Positions 43,699-52,189 of a DNA stretch of 64,000 nucleotides are shown here, in pieces. Where the stretch lies: assembly GCA_031459235.1 (NCBI GenBank), contig JAVKIY010000006.1, positions 2,067 through 66,066 on the forward strand. The letters run 5' to 3'. The DNA is from Candidatus Fervidifonticultor tertius (GTDB lineage Bacteria > Sysuimicrobiota > Sysuimicrobiia > Sysuimicrobiales > Humicultoraceae). Every line of letters begins with the position of its first letter. The first letter of the stretch is position 1. The position numbers were made by a program, and so were the translations under genes. The notes under the pieces are model-generated. The model did not search any database. It was not told the DNA's origin and saw only the letters and a list, made by a program, of their open reading frames with translations.

Positions 43699-45309
43699 CT
43701 AGCCGGCGCAGATCGTACCGGCCCGTCGCGGGTCGGCCACACCGCGCATCACGCCGGGCCCGTCGAGCGCGATACCCTGCAGGCTCCCAAACGGCGGCCG
43801 CATCGTGACCCGGTGTCCGAGCCCCTGCAGGCCCTCGGCCACCTTCTCACCGCCGATCTCCACCGCCACCGGTTCCGCGGTCTCCACGTGCACACGCGGC
43901 GCCGCCATGGCCACCTCGAGCCCGGCGCCCAGGTCGATGAGGCGGACGATCATGTGCACGAGATTGTTCGGGATCGTGCGGCCGCCGGCGCCGCCCAAAC
44001 ACAGCACCGGCGCCCCGCCACGATACAGCACGAGCGGCGACATGTTGTGCAGCGGGCGCTTGCCCGGCGCGATGGAGTTGGCGCGTCCCGGCCGCGGGTC
44101 GAAGCGGGACAGGCCATGGCCAAGGACGATGCCGGTGCCGGGCACGGAAAGCAGGCTCCCAAAGGAGCCCCCGTGCGTCAGCGTGAGCGATGCGACGTTA
44201 CCCGCGGCGTCCGCGGCGCACAGGTGCGCGGTTCCGACCACGGGGTCGGGCGCGATGACCTCGCCGGGCGCCGGCGCCGCCATGCCCGCGACCACGCGGT
44301 CCCGCAGGGCGGCGACACGGTCCCGAGCGAGTTCGGCGGTCGGGTCCACCGGCACGTAGCGCGGGTCACCGTAGCGCAGCAGCCGCTCGCGCCAGCACAC
44401 CTTGGCGGTCTCGACCAGGACGTGGGCGAGCGCCGCGTCGTCTCCGGCCGCTGGCGGCGACATCCCGTCGAGGACACGGAGCATCTGGAGTACCGTCAGG
44501 CCTCCGGTGGGCAGGCCGGGCACACACGCGGTGTAGCCGCGATACGACGCAACGACCGGGGGGCCTTCCTGGACCCGGTACCCGGCGAGATCCTCGATGG
44601 TCAGGCACCCGCCGTCGGCGCGCACGGCGGCGACCACGGCGCGCGCCACCTCGCCGCGGTAGAAAGCCTCGGCGCCCTCGCGGCCGATGCGCTCGATGAC
44701 CCGTGCGAGCGCCGGGTTCCGCATGGTCTCGCCGGGGCGCGGCGGCCGGCCGTCGATCGAGAACAGGCGCGCGGTCTCGGGGAAGCGCGCGGCGCGTGGC
44801 ATCAGCACCTCGCCGACCTTGCCGCTGAGCCAGTCGTCGACTGGAAAGCCGTCGGCGGCCGCGGCGACCGCCGGCTCCACCACCGACGCGAGCGGCCGCC
44901 TACCGAACCGACCGTGCGCGTGCACCAGGCCCGCGACCACCCCGGGAACATCCACGGCGCGCCCGCCGAAGACGTTGGCCTCACCGGCCACCGCGAGGGT
45001 CTCCGGCGCGACGACTTCGTACATGTCTTCGCGCGCCGCGGCCGGCGCGACGCTTGTGAAGTCGACCGCGACCGGCTCGGCGCGACCGACAAGCGAGGTG
45101 ACCAGGCACCCGCCGTAACCGCCGATACCGGCCGTGGACGGGGCCACGACGGACAGCACGAACGCGGTGGCCACGGCGGCGTCCACTGCGTTGCCGCCGG
45201 CGCGCAGCACGCGCAGCCCGGCCTCCGAGGCGACCGGGTGTGGAGATGCCACCATTCCGTGCCTGACGCGCGCGCTGACGGACTCCGGTCTTTGGCGATG
45301 GTTGTCCAC
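43699..45309 (-). CDS. ggt: Gamma-glutamyltransferase family (Ntn hydrolase), no obvious signal peptide
   Basis: 536 aa, GTG 45309 (AGAGG SD). MVASPHPVASEAGLRVLRAGGNAVDAAVA, the autoprocessing Thr in GTAHLCAAD, and GGAGG. Confidence 0.85.
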   Translation of the reverse strand: MDNHRQRPESVSARVRHGMVASPHPVASEAGLRVLRAGGNAVDAAVATAFVLSVVAPSTAGIGGYGGCLVTSLVGRAEPVAVDFTSVAPAAAREDMYEVVAPETLAVAGEANVFGGRAVDVPGVVAGLVHAHGRFGRRPLASVVEPAVAAAADGFPVDDWLSGKVGEVLMPRAARFPETARLFSIDGRPPRPGETMRNPALARVIERIGREGAEAFYRGEVARAVVAAVRADGGCLTIEDLAGYRVQEGPPVVASYRGYTACVPGLPTGGLTVLQMLRVLDGMSPPAAGDDAALAHVLVETAKVCWRERLLRYGDPRYVPVDPTAELARDRVAALRDRVVAGMAAPAPGEVIAPDPVVGTAHLCAADAAGNVASLTLTHGGSFGSLLSVPGTGIVLGHGLSRFDPRPGRANSIAPGKRPLHNMSPLVLYRGGAPVLCLGGAGGRTIPNNLVHMIVRLIDLGAGLEVAMAAPRVHVETAEPVAVEIGGEKVAEGLQGLGHRVTMRPPFGSLQGIALDGPGVMRGVADPRRAGTICAG

Positions 45310-45404
45310 GGTGACCTCTACAGGGGTCGGCGTCGCCGGCAGTGAACGTAGTGGGCATTCTCGATACCCGGCAGGACCGCCTTCCTGCGGGGCGCGGAGG
45401 CCGC

Positions 45405-46178
45405 ATGAGCCAGCCGGTGCTCTTCCACGAACTGACGCGCGAGGAGGCCCGCGCGCGGGCGGGCGAGGCCCTGCTCGTGCTGCCGCTGGGCGCGACGGAG
45501 CAGCACGGGCCGCACCTGCCCGTGCTCACCGACACCATCACGGTCGAGCACGTCGCGGCTGCGGCGGTGGCGGAAGCCGCGGCCGCCGTCCCGGTGCTGC
45601 TCGCGCCCACCCTGCCATTTGGCTCGTCCGACCACCACCTGCCGTTCGGCGGCACCCTGTCGCTGCGTACCGAGACCTACTACCGCGTCCTCTGCGACCT
45701 GATCGCGTCGCTCGCCGCCGGGGGAGTCACGCGCATCTTCCTCGTGAACGGTCACGGCGGCAACCACGAGCTCGCGCAACTCGCCGCCCGTGACATGGCC
45801 CTGGCGCACCGGATCAGCGTCGCCGCGACGTCCTACTGGATCGCCGCGTGGGACGCCCTGATCCGCCTGGAGGCGCACACCCTGGGCCGCCTCCCCGGCC
45901 ACGCCGGCGCCTTCGAGACCTCGCAGATCCTGGCGCTCCGCCCCGACCTGGTGCGCCGGCCGCTACCGCACCGCGACGAGGCGCCGCCCCCCGGGCCGCC
46001 GCCGATCACGCGGACGTTCCGGGCAGAGCGCGGGGGGGCCTGGCAGGCGATCGACGGGTTCACGGATAGCCCGGACCGCGCCAGCGCGGCGCTGGGCCGC
46101 GCGTTCCTCGACGCCGCCGCGACCGCGGTGGCTACCGCGCTCGTCGAGTTCTACCGGGCATCGGACGTAGAGCGATGA
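45405..46178 (+). CDS. Creatininase-family amidohydrolase, copy 3 (canonical motifs)
   Basis: ATG 45405 (GGAGG SD). LPLGATEQHGPHLPVLTD, VNGHGGN and GHAGAFETS. Confidence 0.9.
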   Translation: MSQPVLFHELTREEARARAGEALLVLPLGATEQHGPHLPVLTDTITVEHVAAAAVAEAAAAVPVLLAPTLPFGSSDHHLPFGGTLSLRTETYYRVLCDLIASLAAGGVTRIFLVNGHGGNHELAQLAARDMALAHRISVAATSYWIAAWDALIRLEAHTLGRLPGHAGAFETSQILALRPDLVRRPLPHRDEAPPPGPPPITRTFRAERGGAWQAIDGFTDSPDRASAALGRAFLDAAATAVATALVEFYRASDVER

Positions 46179-47293
46179 GGATCACGCGCGTCGAAACCAT
46201 TCCGGTGGAGGTCCCGATCGACCGCACGCGCGCCCTCAAAAGCGGGCGCGGTGGGGGTCATACCCGGTCCCAGTTCCTTCTGGTGAAGGTCCACACCGAC
46301 GGCGGTCTGGTCGGGTTGGGCGAGGTGTCGTGCACGCCGCGGTGGAGTGGCGAAGACCACGTCACGGCCGCCCACATCATCGCCACGATCCTGGGGCCCG
46401 CCCTGGCTGGCGAGGACCCGACGCACGTCGAGCGGCTGGCGCGGGCGCTGCGCCGCGCGGTCGCGGGGCATCCCTTCACCAAGGCCGGCGTCGAGATGGC
46501 GCTGTGGGACATCCTCGGCAAAGTGGCGGGCCTGCCCCTCTACCGCCTGCTGGGCGGGCCGGTGCGCGACGTCGTCCCCACCAAGTTCTCGGTGACCGGG
46601 CAGCCGCCACCCGCCGCCGCGCAGGTGGCCGCGTGGGCCGCCGGGCAGGGCTTCCGGGTGATGAAGGTCAAGGTCGGCGTGGACCCCGACGAGGACGTCG
46701 CGCGGGTGCGCGCGGTCCGCGAGGCCGTGGGGCCCGACGTGCGGTTGGGCGTGGACGCCAACGGCGGGTGGTCGCTGCGGACGGCCATCCGCACGATCCG
46801 GCGGCTCTGCGACTACGGCATCGCCTTCGCCGAGCAACCGGTGCCGCCGCGCGATCCGTCGTGGCTCGCGGAGGTGCGCCGCGGCGTCGAGGTGCCAATC
46901 GTGGCCGACGAGAGCGTCTATGCGCCGGAGGACGCGATGGCACTCGTCCGCGCCCAGGCCGCCGATGTCCTGTCGGTCTACGTCGGCAAGGCGGGCGGCC
47001 TCGGTCCGGCGCGCGGCATCGCGGCGCTGGCCGAGGCCGCGGGCCTCACGTGTACGGTGGGCAGTAATCTCGAGATGGGAGTGGCGAGCGCAGCGATGAT
47101 CCACCTGGCGATGGCGACGCCGGGTATCGGCGCCGAGGAGATCCCCTGCGACATCCTCGGCCCGTTCTTCTACCAGGACGACATCCTGCGCGAGCCGCTG
47201 CCCATCGCCGCCGGCGAGGCCCGGCCGCCCGAGCGCCCCGGGCTCGGCGTCGAGCTCGACGAGGAGAAGGTCGCCTACTACCGCGTCCGCTGA
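46175..47293 (+). CDS. Enolase-superfamily enzyme, MLE subgroup (muconate cycloisomerase / dipeptide epimerase / N-acylamino-acid racemase-like)
   Basis: ATGA overlap with the creatininase gene. VEMALWDILGK, KVKVG (KxK), GVDANGGW, FAEQP, IVADES and VGKAGG (second catalytic Lys context). Confidence 0.9.
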   Translation: MRITRVETIPVEVPIDRTRALKSGRGGGHTRSQFLLVKVHTDGGLVGLGEVSCTPRWSGEDHVTAAHIIATILGPALAGEDPTHVERLARALRRAVAGHPFTKAGVEMALWDILGKVAGLPLYRLLGGPVRDVVPTKFSVTGQPPPAAAQVAAWAAGQGFRVMKVKVGVDPDEDVARVRAVREAVGPDVRLGVDANGGWSLRTAIRTIRRLCDYGIAFAEQPVPPRDPSWLAEVRRGVEVPIVADESVYAPEDAMALVRAQAADVLSVYVGKAGGLGPARGIAALAEAAGLTCTVGSNLEMGVASAAMIHLAMATPGIGAEEIPCDILGPFFYQDDILREPLPIAAGEARPPERPGLGVELDEEKVAYYRVR

Positions 47294-48774
47294 GCCCGCT
47301 GGATCGCCTGCGCCAGCCCGACCTTCGGCGCCAGCGCCACAGCCGCGAGCGCGGCCAGCGCCGCGGCGGCGGAGATCACGAACACGGCGCGCACGCCGCC
47401 GGCCAGCGCCTGCCGCAGGAGCGCATCGAGGGTGCCCGTGGTCGCCGCCGACCGGCTGAGCGGGTCCATGAGCCGGTCGAGCGAGACCGCGGCCGCATCC
47501 ACCCCGGCCGACCGCAAAATCCCGGCCAAGCGCGCGCTCAGCACCACGCCCATGACGCTGACGCCGACGGCGCCGCCGACGCTGCGGCTGAACTGCAGCA
47601 TCGAGGTGGCGGTCCCCAGGTCGGCGCGCGGCGCGGTGGTCTGAACGGCGATCAACAGCGTGGGCACCGACAGTCCCATACCGATCCCCATCAGGGCCAG
47701 GTTGGCCGCGAGCGCCGCCCGACTCGCGCCCGCGTCCACGGCGGTCATGAGCAGCGCCCCCGCCGACAGCGACGCCATGCCGGCGAGCGCCAGCGTGCGG
47801 TAATGCAGCCGCAGCAGCAGGCGGCTACCCACGATCGCCGCGAGCACCCATCCGAGCATGATCGGCGTGATCGTGGCGCCAGCGCCGGTCGCGGTCGTCC
47901 CGAGCACGGCCTGCACGAACAGCGGGACGAACGCGAAGCTGCCGAACAGCGCGACGCCCGAGAGGAAACCGTGCCCGACGGCCACGGTGAACAGGCGGTC
48001 GCGGAACAGCCGCACCGGCAGCACCGGGTCGGCCGCGCGCCGCTCGATCCACACGAGCGCGGCGAGTAGCCCGGCGGCGCCGGCGACGAGCGCGGCACCC
48101 GCGGGCGCGCGGAGCTGGAAGAGCCCGAGGAGCAACGCGAGCACCGTCGCGGTCAGCACGCCGAAGCCCGCGTAGTCGATCGGCGGCCCGCCCGCCGCGC
48201 GGCGCTCGTCCACCCACACGGTCCAGATGAGCGCGGTGGCCGCCAGCCCGGGCAGCACGTTGATGTAAAAGATCCACCGCCACGAGACCTGATCCACCAG
48301 GAAGCCGCCGAGCAGGGGGCCGACGATGGACGCGAAGCCCCACACGCTGGCGAAGACACCCTGCATGCGCGCCCGCTGCTCGAAGCTGAACAGCGCGCCC
48401 ACGATGATGAACGACAGCGTCATGATGCCCCCGGCGCCGAGGCCCTGCACGACGCGGAAGCCGATCAGGGCGCCCATGCTGGTCGCCTGGCCGCACAGCA
48501 CGGAGCCCGCGAGGAAGAGGGCCATGGCCCCGGCCCACAACGGCTTGCGGCCGATCGCGTCCGAGAGCTTGCCGACGACCGGCACGACCGTCGTGGACGC
48601 CACCAGGTAGGCCGAGAACACCCAGCTGTAAACGTCCAGCCCGCCGAGATGCGCAACGATGGTGGGCATCGCCGTGGCGACCACCGTGGTTTCCATGGCC
48701 GCCATGAACAGGCTGAACATCACGCCGAGCGTGATCAGCCGCTGCGGGCGGGTGATGGACGGCGCTATCCGCAC
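47278..48774 (-). CDS. MFS transporter, DHA2 (EmrB/QacA-like, 14-TMS) family
   Basis: METTVVATAMPTIVAHLGG, GKLSDAIGRKP and RVVQGLGAGG. The start is uncertain: GTG 48774 is preferred, and ATG 48843 would overlap the upstream gene by 79 nt. Confidence 0.85.
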   Translation of the reverse strand: MRIAPSITRPQRLITLGVMFSLFMAAMETTVVATAMPTIVAHLGGLDVYSWVFSAYLVASTTVVPVVGKLSDAIGRKPLWAGAMALFLAGSVLCGQATSMGALIGFRVVQGLGAGGIMTLSFIIVGALFSFEQRARMQGVFASVWGFASIVGPLLGGFLVDQVSWRWIFYINVLPGLAATALIWTVWVDERRAAGGPPIDYAGFGVLTATVLALLLGLFQLRAPAGAALVAGAAGLLAALVWIERRAADPVLPVRLFRDRLFTVAVGHGFLSGVALFGSFAFVPLFVQAVLGTTATGAGATITPIMLGWVLAAIVGSRLLLRLHYRTLALAGMASLSAGALLMTAVDAGASRAALAANLALMGIGMGLSVPTLLIAVQTTAPRADLGTATSMLQFSRSVGGAVGVSVMGVVLSARLAGILRSAGVDAAAVSLDRLMDPLSRSAATTGTLDALLRQALAGGVRAVFVISAAAALAALAAVALAPKVGLAQAIQRAQRTR

Positions 48775-49949
48775 ACCTCCCGGAACACCCGGAGAAAGTT
48801 CAGCCCGAGCAGTTTCCGCAGTTCGTCCTCGTTGAACCCCCATCGCGCGAGCGCCACGGTCAGGTTGGGCCAGTCGGAGAAACGCTCGTAGCCCTGCAGG
48901 CGGTAGTCAGGCGTAAGGCGGTGCTCCTCGAGCCGGAACCCGGCCCAATCGAAGCCGCCCCGGCGTTGCGGCATCGAGGGCGGGTACTCGACGACCGAGT
49001 CCGTGCCGGGCCCGGGCCCGGCCTTGTCGGTGCCGATCCCCACGTGGTCGATGCCGCAGACCGAGACCAGGTGCTCGACGTGGCGGCAGAAGTCGTCTAG
49101 CGTCGGCTCCTTCGATGTCGAGATGAACCCGGGGATCACCACCACCCCGAAGTACCCGCCGCGCTCCGCGACCGCCCGCGCCAGCTCGTCGGTCTTCCCG
49201 CGATCGTGGTAGCAGACGGTCTTGCTGCTCGAGTGCGACACGACGACGGGCGCCGCGCTCACCGCGAGCGCGTCCCACCCCACCTGCTCGCTGCAGTGGC
49301 TGATATCCACCAGGATGCGCGCGGCGTTGAGCCGACGCACGACCTCGCGGCCGAAGTACGAGAGGCCGCCCTGGGTCGCCTCGGTGCAGCCGTCGCCCAG
49401 CAGGTTCCGCAGGTTGTAGGTCAGCTGCACCATGCGCACGCCAAGATAGCGGAAGTGGTCGATGCGGTCCAGCTCGTCGCCGAACGGAGTGGCGTTCTGG
49501 AAGTCCAGGACCAGCCCGTAGCGCCCCTCGCGGTGCGCGCGCTCGATGTCGGCCGCGGTGCGGACCAGCACCATGGCGCCATCCAGCGCGTCCACGACGG
49601 CGTGGGCCCGTCCGAGCCGCAGGTTGGCCAGCTCGAAGGCGCGGCCGGGCGCCTCGGTACCCGAGTAGCTGGCGCACGCCACGGTCACGCCCGACCGCCG
49701 CCAGAACTCCAGGTAGGCGGCTCGCGCCTCCTCCGAGGTGCGCAGCTCCTCCAGCGCCATCTCGGCCATCAGGGGCGCGGCCTCTTCACGGGTGAGCCCG
49801 CGCGCGGCGTACTCGGCCAGCCGCTCGCGCATCCGGGCGGTGAAGAGGAAGCCGGTGGTCGCCGGGGGCTGCTGCGAGTCGATAACCAGCGCGTCCTCGT
49901 GGAGCCTCCGGGCTTCGTCCGGGGTCAGGGTGGGGGTGGACCGCCTCAC
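48765..49949 (-). CDS. Peptidase M19 (membrane dipeptidase)-like protein, copy 2
   Basis: 394 aa. GTG 49949 forms a GTGA overlap with the upstream MBL gene. VQLTYNLRNLLGDG, ILVDISHCS, VVSHSSS, HVGIGTD and LGLNFLRVF. Confidence 0.88.
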   Translation of the reverse strand: MRRSTPTLTPDEARRLHEDALVIDSQQPPATTGFLFTARMRERLAEYAARGLTREEAAPLMAEMALEELRTSEEARAAYLEFWRRSGVTVACASYSGTEAPGRAFELANLRLGRAHAVVDALDGAMVLVRTAADIERAHREGRYGLVLDFQNATPFGDELDRIDHFRYLGVRMVQLTYNLRNLLGDGCTEATQGGLSYFGREVVRRLNAARILVDISHCSEQVGWDALAVSAAPVVVSHSSSKTVCYHDRGKTDELARAVAERGGYFGVVVIPGFISTSKEPTLDDFCRHVEHLVSVCGIDHVGIGTDKAGPGPGTDSVVEYPPSMPQRRGGFDWAGFRLEEHRLTPDYRLQGYERFSDWPNLTVALARWGFNEDELRKLLGLNFLRVFREVCG

Positions 49950-50725
49950 AGGCGCCTCCAGGGCGACGCGGCGTCGGTGCCCGCGACCCGACCCTCGGCC
50001 CGGAGCTTCAGCAGGTGCGCGTGCACCGACTGCGCTGCCAGGCCGTGGAGCGCGGCAGGCACCTCCGCGTAGATGCGCGCCACCAGTTCGGGGATGCGGG
50101 CGGGACCGGCCTCGAGCGCCGCCAGGACCTGCTCCTCCCGCATCCGCCGGTGCCGCAGGTACTGCTCGATGGCCTCGGCAGGCCGCACAATGACTTCGCC
50201 GTGGCCGGGGTAGATGCGCGACAGCCGCTCGCGGGCCAGCCGCTCCAGCGACGCCATGTAGGCGGCCATGTCACCGTCCGGCGGGGCGACGACCACCGTG
50301 GATCCGGCGACGATGAGGTCCCCGGAGAACAGCGCCCGCTCCTCGCGCAGCACGAGGGACACATGATCCGAGGTGTGGCCCGGCGTGTGGAGGACCTCCA
50401 GCGTCGCCCCGCCGCCGCTGAGGAGCGCGCCGTCGCGGAGCGCGAACGGATGCGTGAGCACGGCCGCGCCGGTTCGCGAGGACAGCGGCCGCGCGCCGGG
50501 CGCGTGGTCGGGATGGCCATGGGTGAGGAGAATGCGCGCCACGGTCGCGTCGCCTATGGCCTCCAGAATGCGCTCGATGTGGCCAGGGTCGGCCGGGCCC
50601 GGGTCGATGACAGTGACGCGCCCCACGCCGACCAGGTAGGTGTTGGTGCCCCCGCCGGTCATGGGCGAGGCGTTAGGCGCCACCAGCCTCCGGACCAGCG
50701 GGGACAGCCTGACCTCAACGGGCAT
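49946..50725 (-). CDS. MBL-fold metallo-hydrolase (LACTB2-like)
   Basis: Internal ATG 50725 (MPVEVRLSPLVRRLVAPNASPMTG) with a GGAGG SD. LLTHGHPDHAPG, HTPGHTSDH and a C-terminal winged-helix-like tail. Confidence 0.88.
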   Translation of the reverse strand: MPVEVRLSPLVRRLVAPNASPMTGGGTNTYLVGVGRVTVIDPGPADPGHIERILEAIGDATVARILLTHGHPDHAPGARPLSSRTGAAVLTHPFALRDGALLSGGGATLEVLHTPGHTSDHVSLVLREERALFSGDLIVAGSTVVVAPPDGDMAAYMASLERLARERLSRIYPGHGEVIVRPAEAIEQYLRHRRMREEQVLAALEAGPARIPELVARIYAEVPAALHGLAAQSVHAHLLKLRAEGRVAGTDAASPWRRL

Positions 50726-50804
50726 CCTCCGGCACCTCCGTTCCGGCGAGGCCGTGATCACATCCGATGTCTAGACCGCCGGCGACCTGGGCACAATGCC
50801 GGTG

Positions 50805-50892
50805 AGACCTCCGATAAAGGCAAACCCGTCGCAAGGCGGGGACGCAAAGCCGACAGGACCCCTCTGGGGTTGGCTGGGTTGCCGAAGAGGGT
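50805..50892 (+). promoter_or_regulatory. c-di-GMP-I (GEMM-I) riboswitch aptamer
   Basis: AAAGGCAAACC-CGUC-GCAA-GGCG-GGGACGCAAAGCC-GACAGGACCCCUCUGGGGUUGGC-UGGGUUGCCGAAGAGG. These blocks match the conserved GEMM-I core as remembered from Vc2 (GGCAAACC, GNRA-capped hairpin, GGGACGCAAAGCC, GGGUUnCCGA). It lies upstream of an HD-GYP gene. Confidence 0.85.
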
Positions 50893-50926
50893 TTCGTGCT
50901 GTAGAGCGAAATCCTCTTGTTTTTTT
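50885..50926 (+). terminator. Intrinsic terminator (expression platform of the riboswitch)
   Basis: 12-bp stem AAGAGGGUUUCG (50885-96) / CGAAAUCCUCUU (50907-18) with one G-U pair and a 10-nt loop, followed by G + U7 (50920-26). The 5' arm overlaps the 3' strand of aptamer P1. Confidence 0.8.
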
Positions 50927-50949
50927 GCGCCCGCAGAGGGGGATGCGCC

Positions 50950-51519
50950 ATGGCCGTCGAGAGTCCGCTCACCGCCGCCCGCGTGATCGAGCGCATGTGT
51001 CCCTGGCCGGAGGGGCACCTGCAGCGCGTTGCCGGATATAGCGCGCAGCTGGCGGCGGCGGCGGCTCTCGACGGCGCTGTGCCGGTGGTGGCGAAGGCAG
51101 CCCTGCTCCACGAGATCGGCAAGCTGGCCTTGCCGGAGGAACTTCTGGCCAGGCGCGACCGCCTGACCCCCCCCGAGGCCGAGGCGCTCCGGCGCCACGT
51201 AGTAGCGGGCGCCGAGATGTGCCGGTCGCTGCCCGACGGCGAGCGGATCGCTGCGATCGTCCGCCACTGCCACGAACACTGGAACGGCCAGGGGTATCCC
51301 GACCGCCTGGCCGGCGAGCAAATCCCCATCGGCGCCCGGATCGTGGCTATCGCCGACGCGTTCGACACCCTCATGATCGACCGGCCCTGGCGGTCCGCGT
51401 ACTCACCCGAGGAGGCGCTGCAGATCCTGTGGTTCGGGGCCGATACCCAGTGGGATCCCCACCTGGTCGAGCTGTTCGACCAGCTCGTCCGCCCCACGCT
51501 GGTCAGACGCCGGACCTAG
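50950..51519 (+). CDS. Stand-alone HD-GYP domain protein with a degenerate metal site
   Basis: ATG 50950 (GAGGGGG SD). GHLQRVAGYS, LLHEIGKLALP (HD changed to HE), RRHVVAG, RHCHEHWNGQGYPDRL (GYP present, HHE changed to CHE) and IADAFDTL. Confidence 0.85.
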   Translation: MAVESPLTAARVIERMCPWPEGHLQRVAGYSAQLAAAAALDGAVPVVAKAALLHEIGKLALPEELLARRDRLTPPEAEALRRHVVAGAEMCRSLPDGERIAAIVRHCHEHWNGQGYPDRLAGEQIPIGARIVAIADAFDTLMIDRPWRSAYSPEEALQILWFGADTQWDPHLVELFDQLVRPTLVRRRT

Positions 51520-51520
51520 C

Positions 51521-52147
51521 CTAGCGGGTTCCCTCGCGGGGCCCCTCGAGGAGGACTCGCGCCTCGCGCGCCGCGTCGCTGGCCGGTGCCAGGGCGATCG
51601 CGCGCTCGAGCGCCGCTCGCGCCTCATCGATCCGGCCCACCTTCAGCGCGGCCCGGCCGTACCACAACTGGACCGTGGCCGATTCGGGGCTGACGCGCGC
51701 CGCCTCGCGGTAGCGCGCGAGCGCAGGGCCGTACCACCCACCCTGATAGAGCTCGTAACCCTCCCGCATGAGACGGCGGAGATACTGCTGCGGTGACAGC
51801 GGCGCCGGCGTCGGCCGGGGCGAGGCCGCGGTAGCGGGCCGGCGCACCGGCGACGGCCGCGACGCCTGCAGCCGCTGAGGCGCCGAGGGACGCACCGCGA
51901 CCATCTCCCGGGCCTGTGGCGGGCGCGGCGACGCCTCTTCGGAAGAACGGGAACCCGGCGGCTTTGGCGCGCCGGCCGGCGCCTGGTCCACCGCGCGCGC
52001 CCGGACAAACCACTCGACCACCTTCCGCTCGATGGCGGACGCGTTGAGCGCTTCGGGCCCGGCGAGCAGATAGGCGCCGACCGCCAGCGCCAGCACGAAC
52101 TGCGCCACCAGGATCCACCGCGGCCTGGATCCGTGATGCCCCATCAT
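51521..52147 (-). CDS. Membrane-anchored TPR-repeat protein with a Pro/Ala/Ser-rich linker
   Basis: N-terminal TM (WILVAQFVLALAVGAYLLAG), a low-complexity P/A/S/R linker and a C-terminal TPR-like region (GWYGPALARYREAARVSPESATVQLWYGRAALKVGRIDEARAALERAIALAP). The start is one of 52174, 52147 or 52144. Confidence 0.7.
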   Translation of the reverse strand: MMGHHGSRPRWILVAQFVLALAVGAYLLAGPEALNASAIERKVVEWFVRARAVDQAPAGAPKPPGSRSSEEASPRPPQAREMVAVRPSAPQRLQASRPSPVRRPATAASPRPTPAPLSPQQYLRRLMREGYELYQGGWYGPALARYREAARVSPESATVQLWYGRAALKVGRIDEARAALERAIALAPASDAAREARVLLEGPREGTR

Positions 52148-52189
52148 CCGAACGGTATTGTGCCCACCCAGCACCGGCCGAAGACTCGA

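Noticed and set aside
50768-50797. Promoter for the riboswitch transcript (CACAAT at 50792-97 as the -10)
   Set aside because: No acceptable -35 element lies 16-19 nt upstream (TGTCTA/GTCTAG only). The call is too weak without TSS data.
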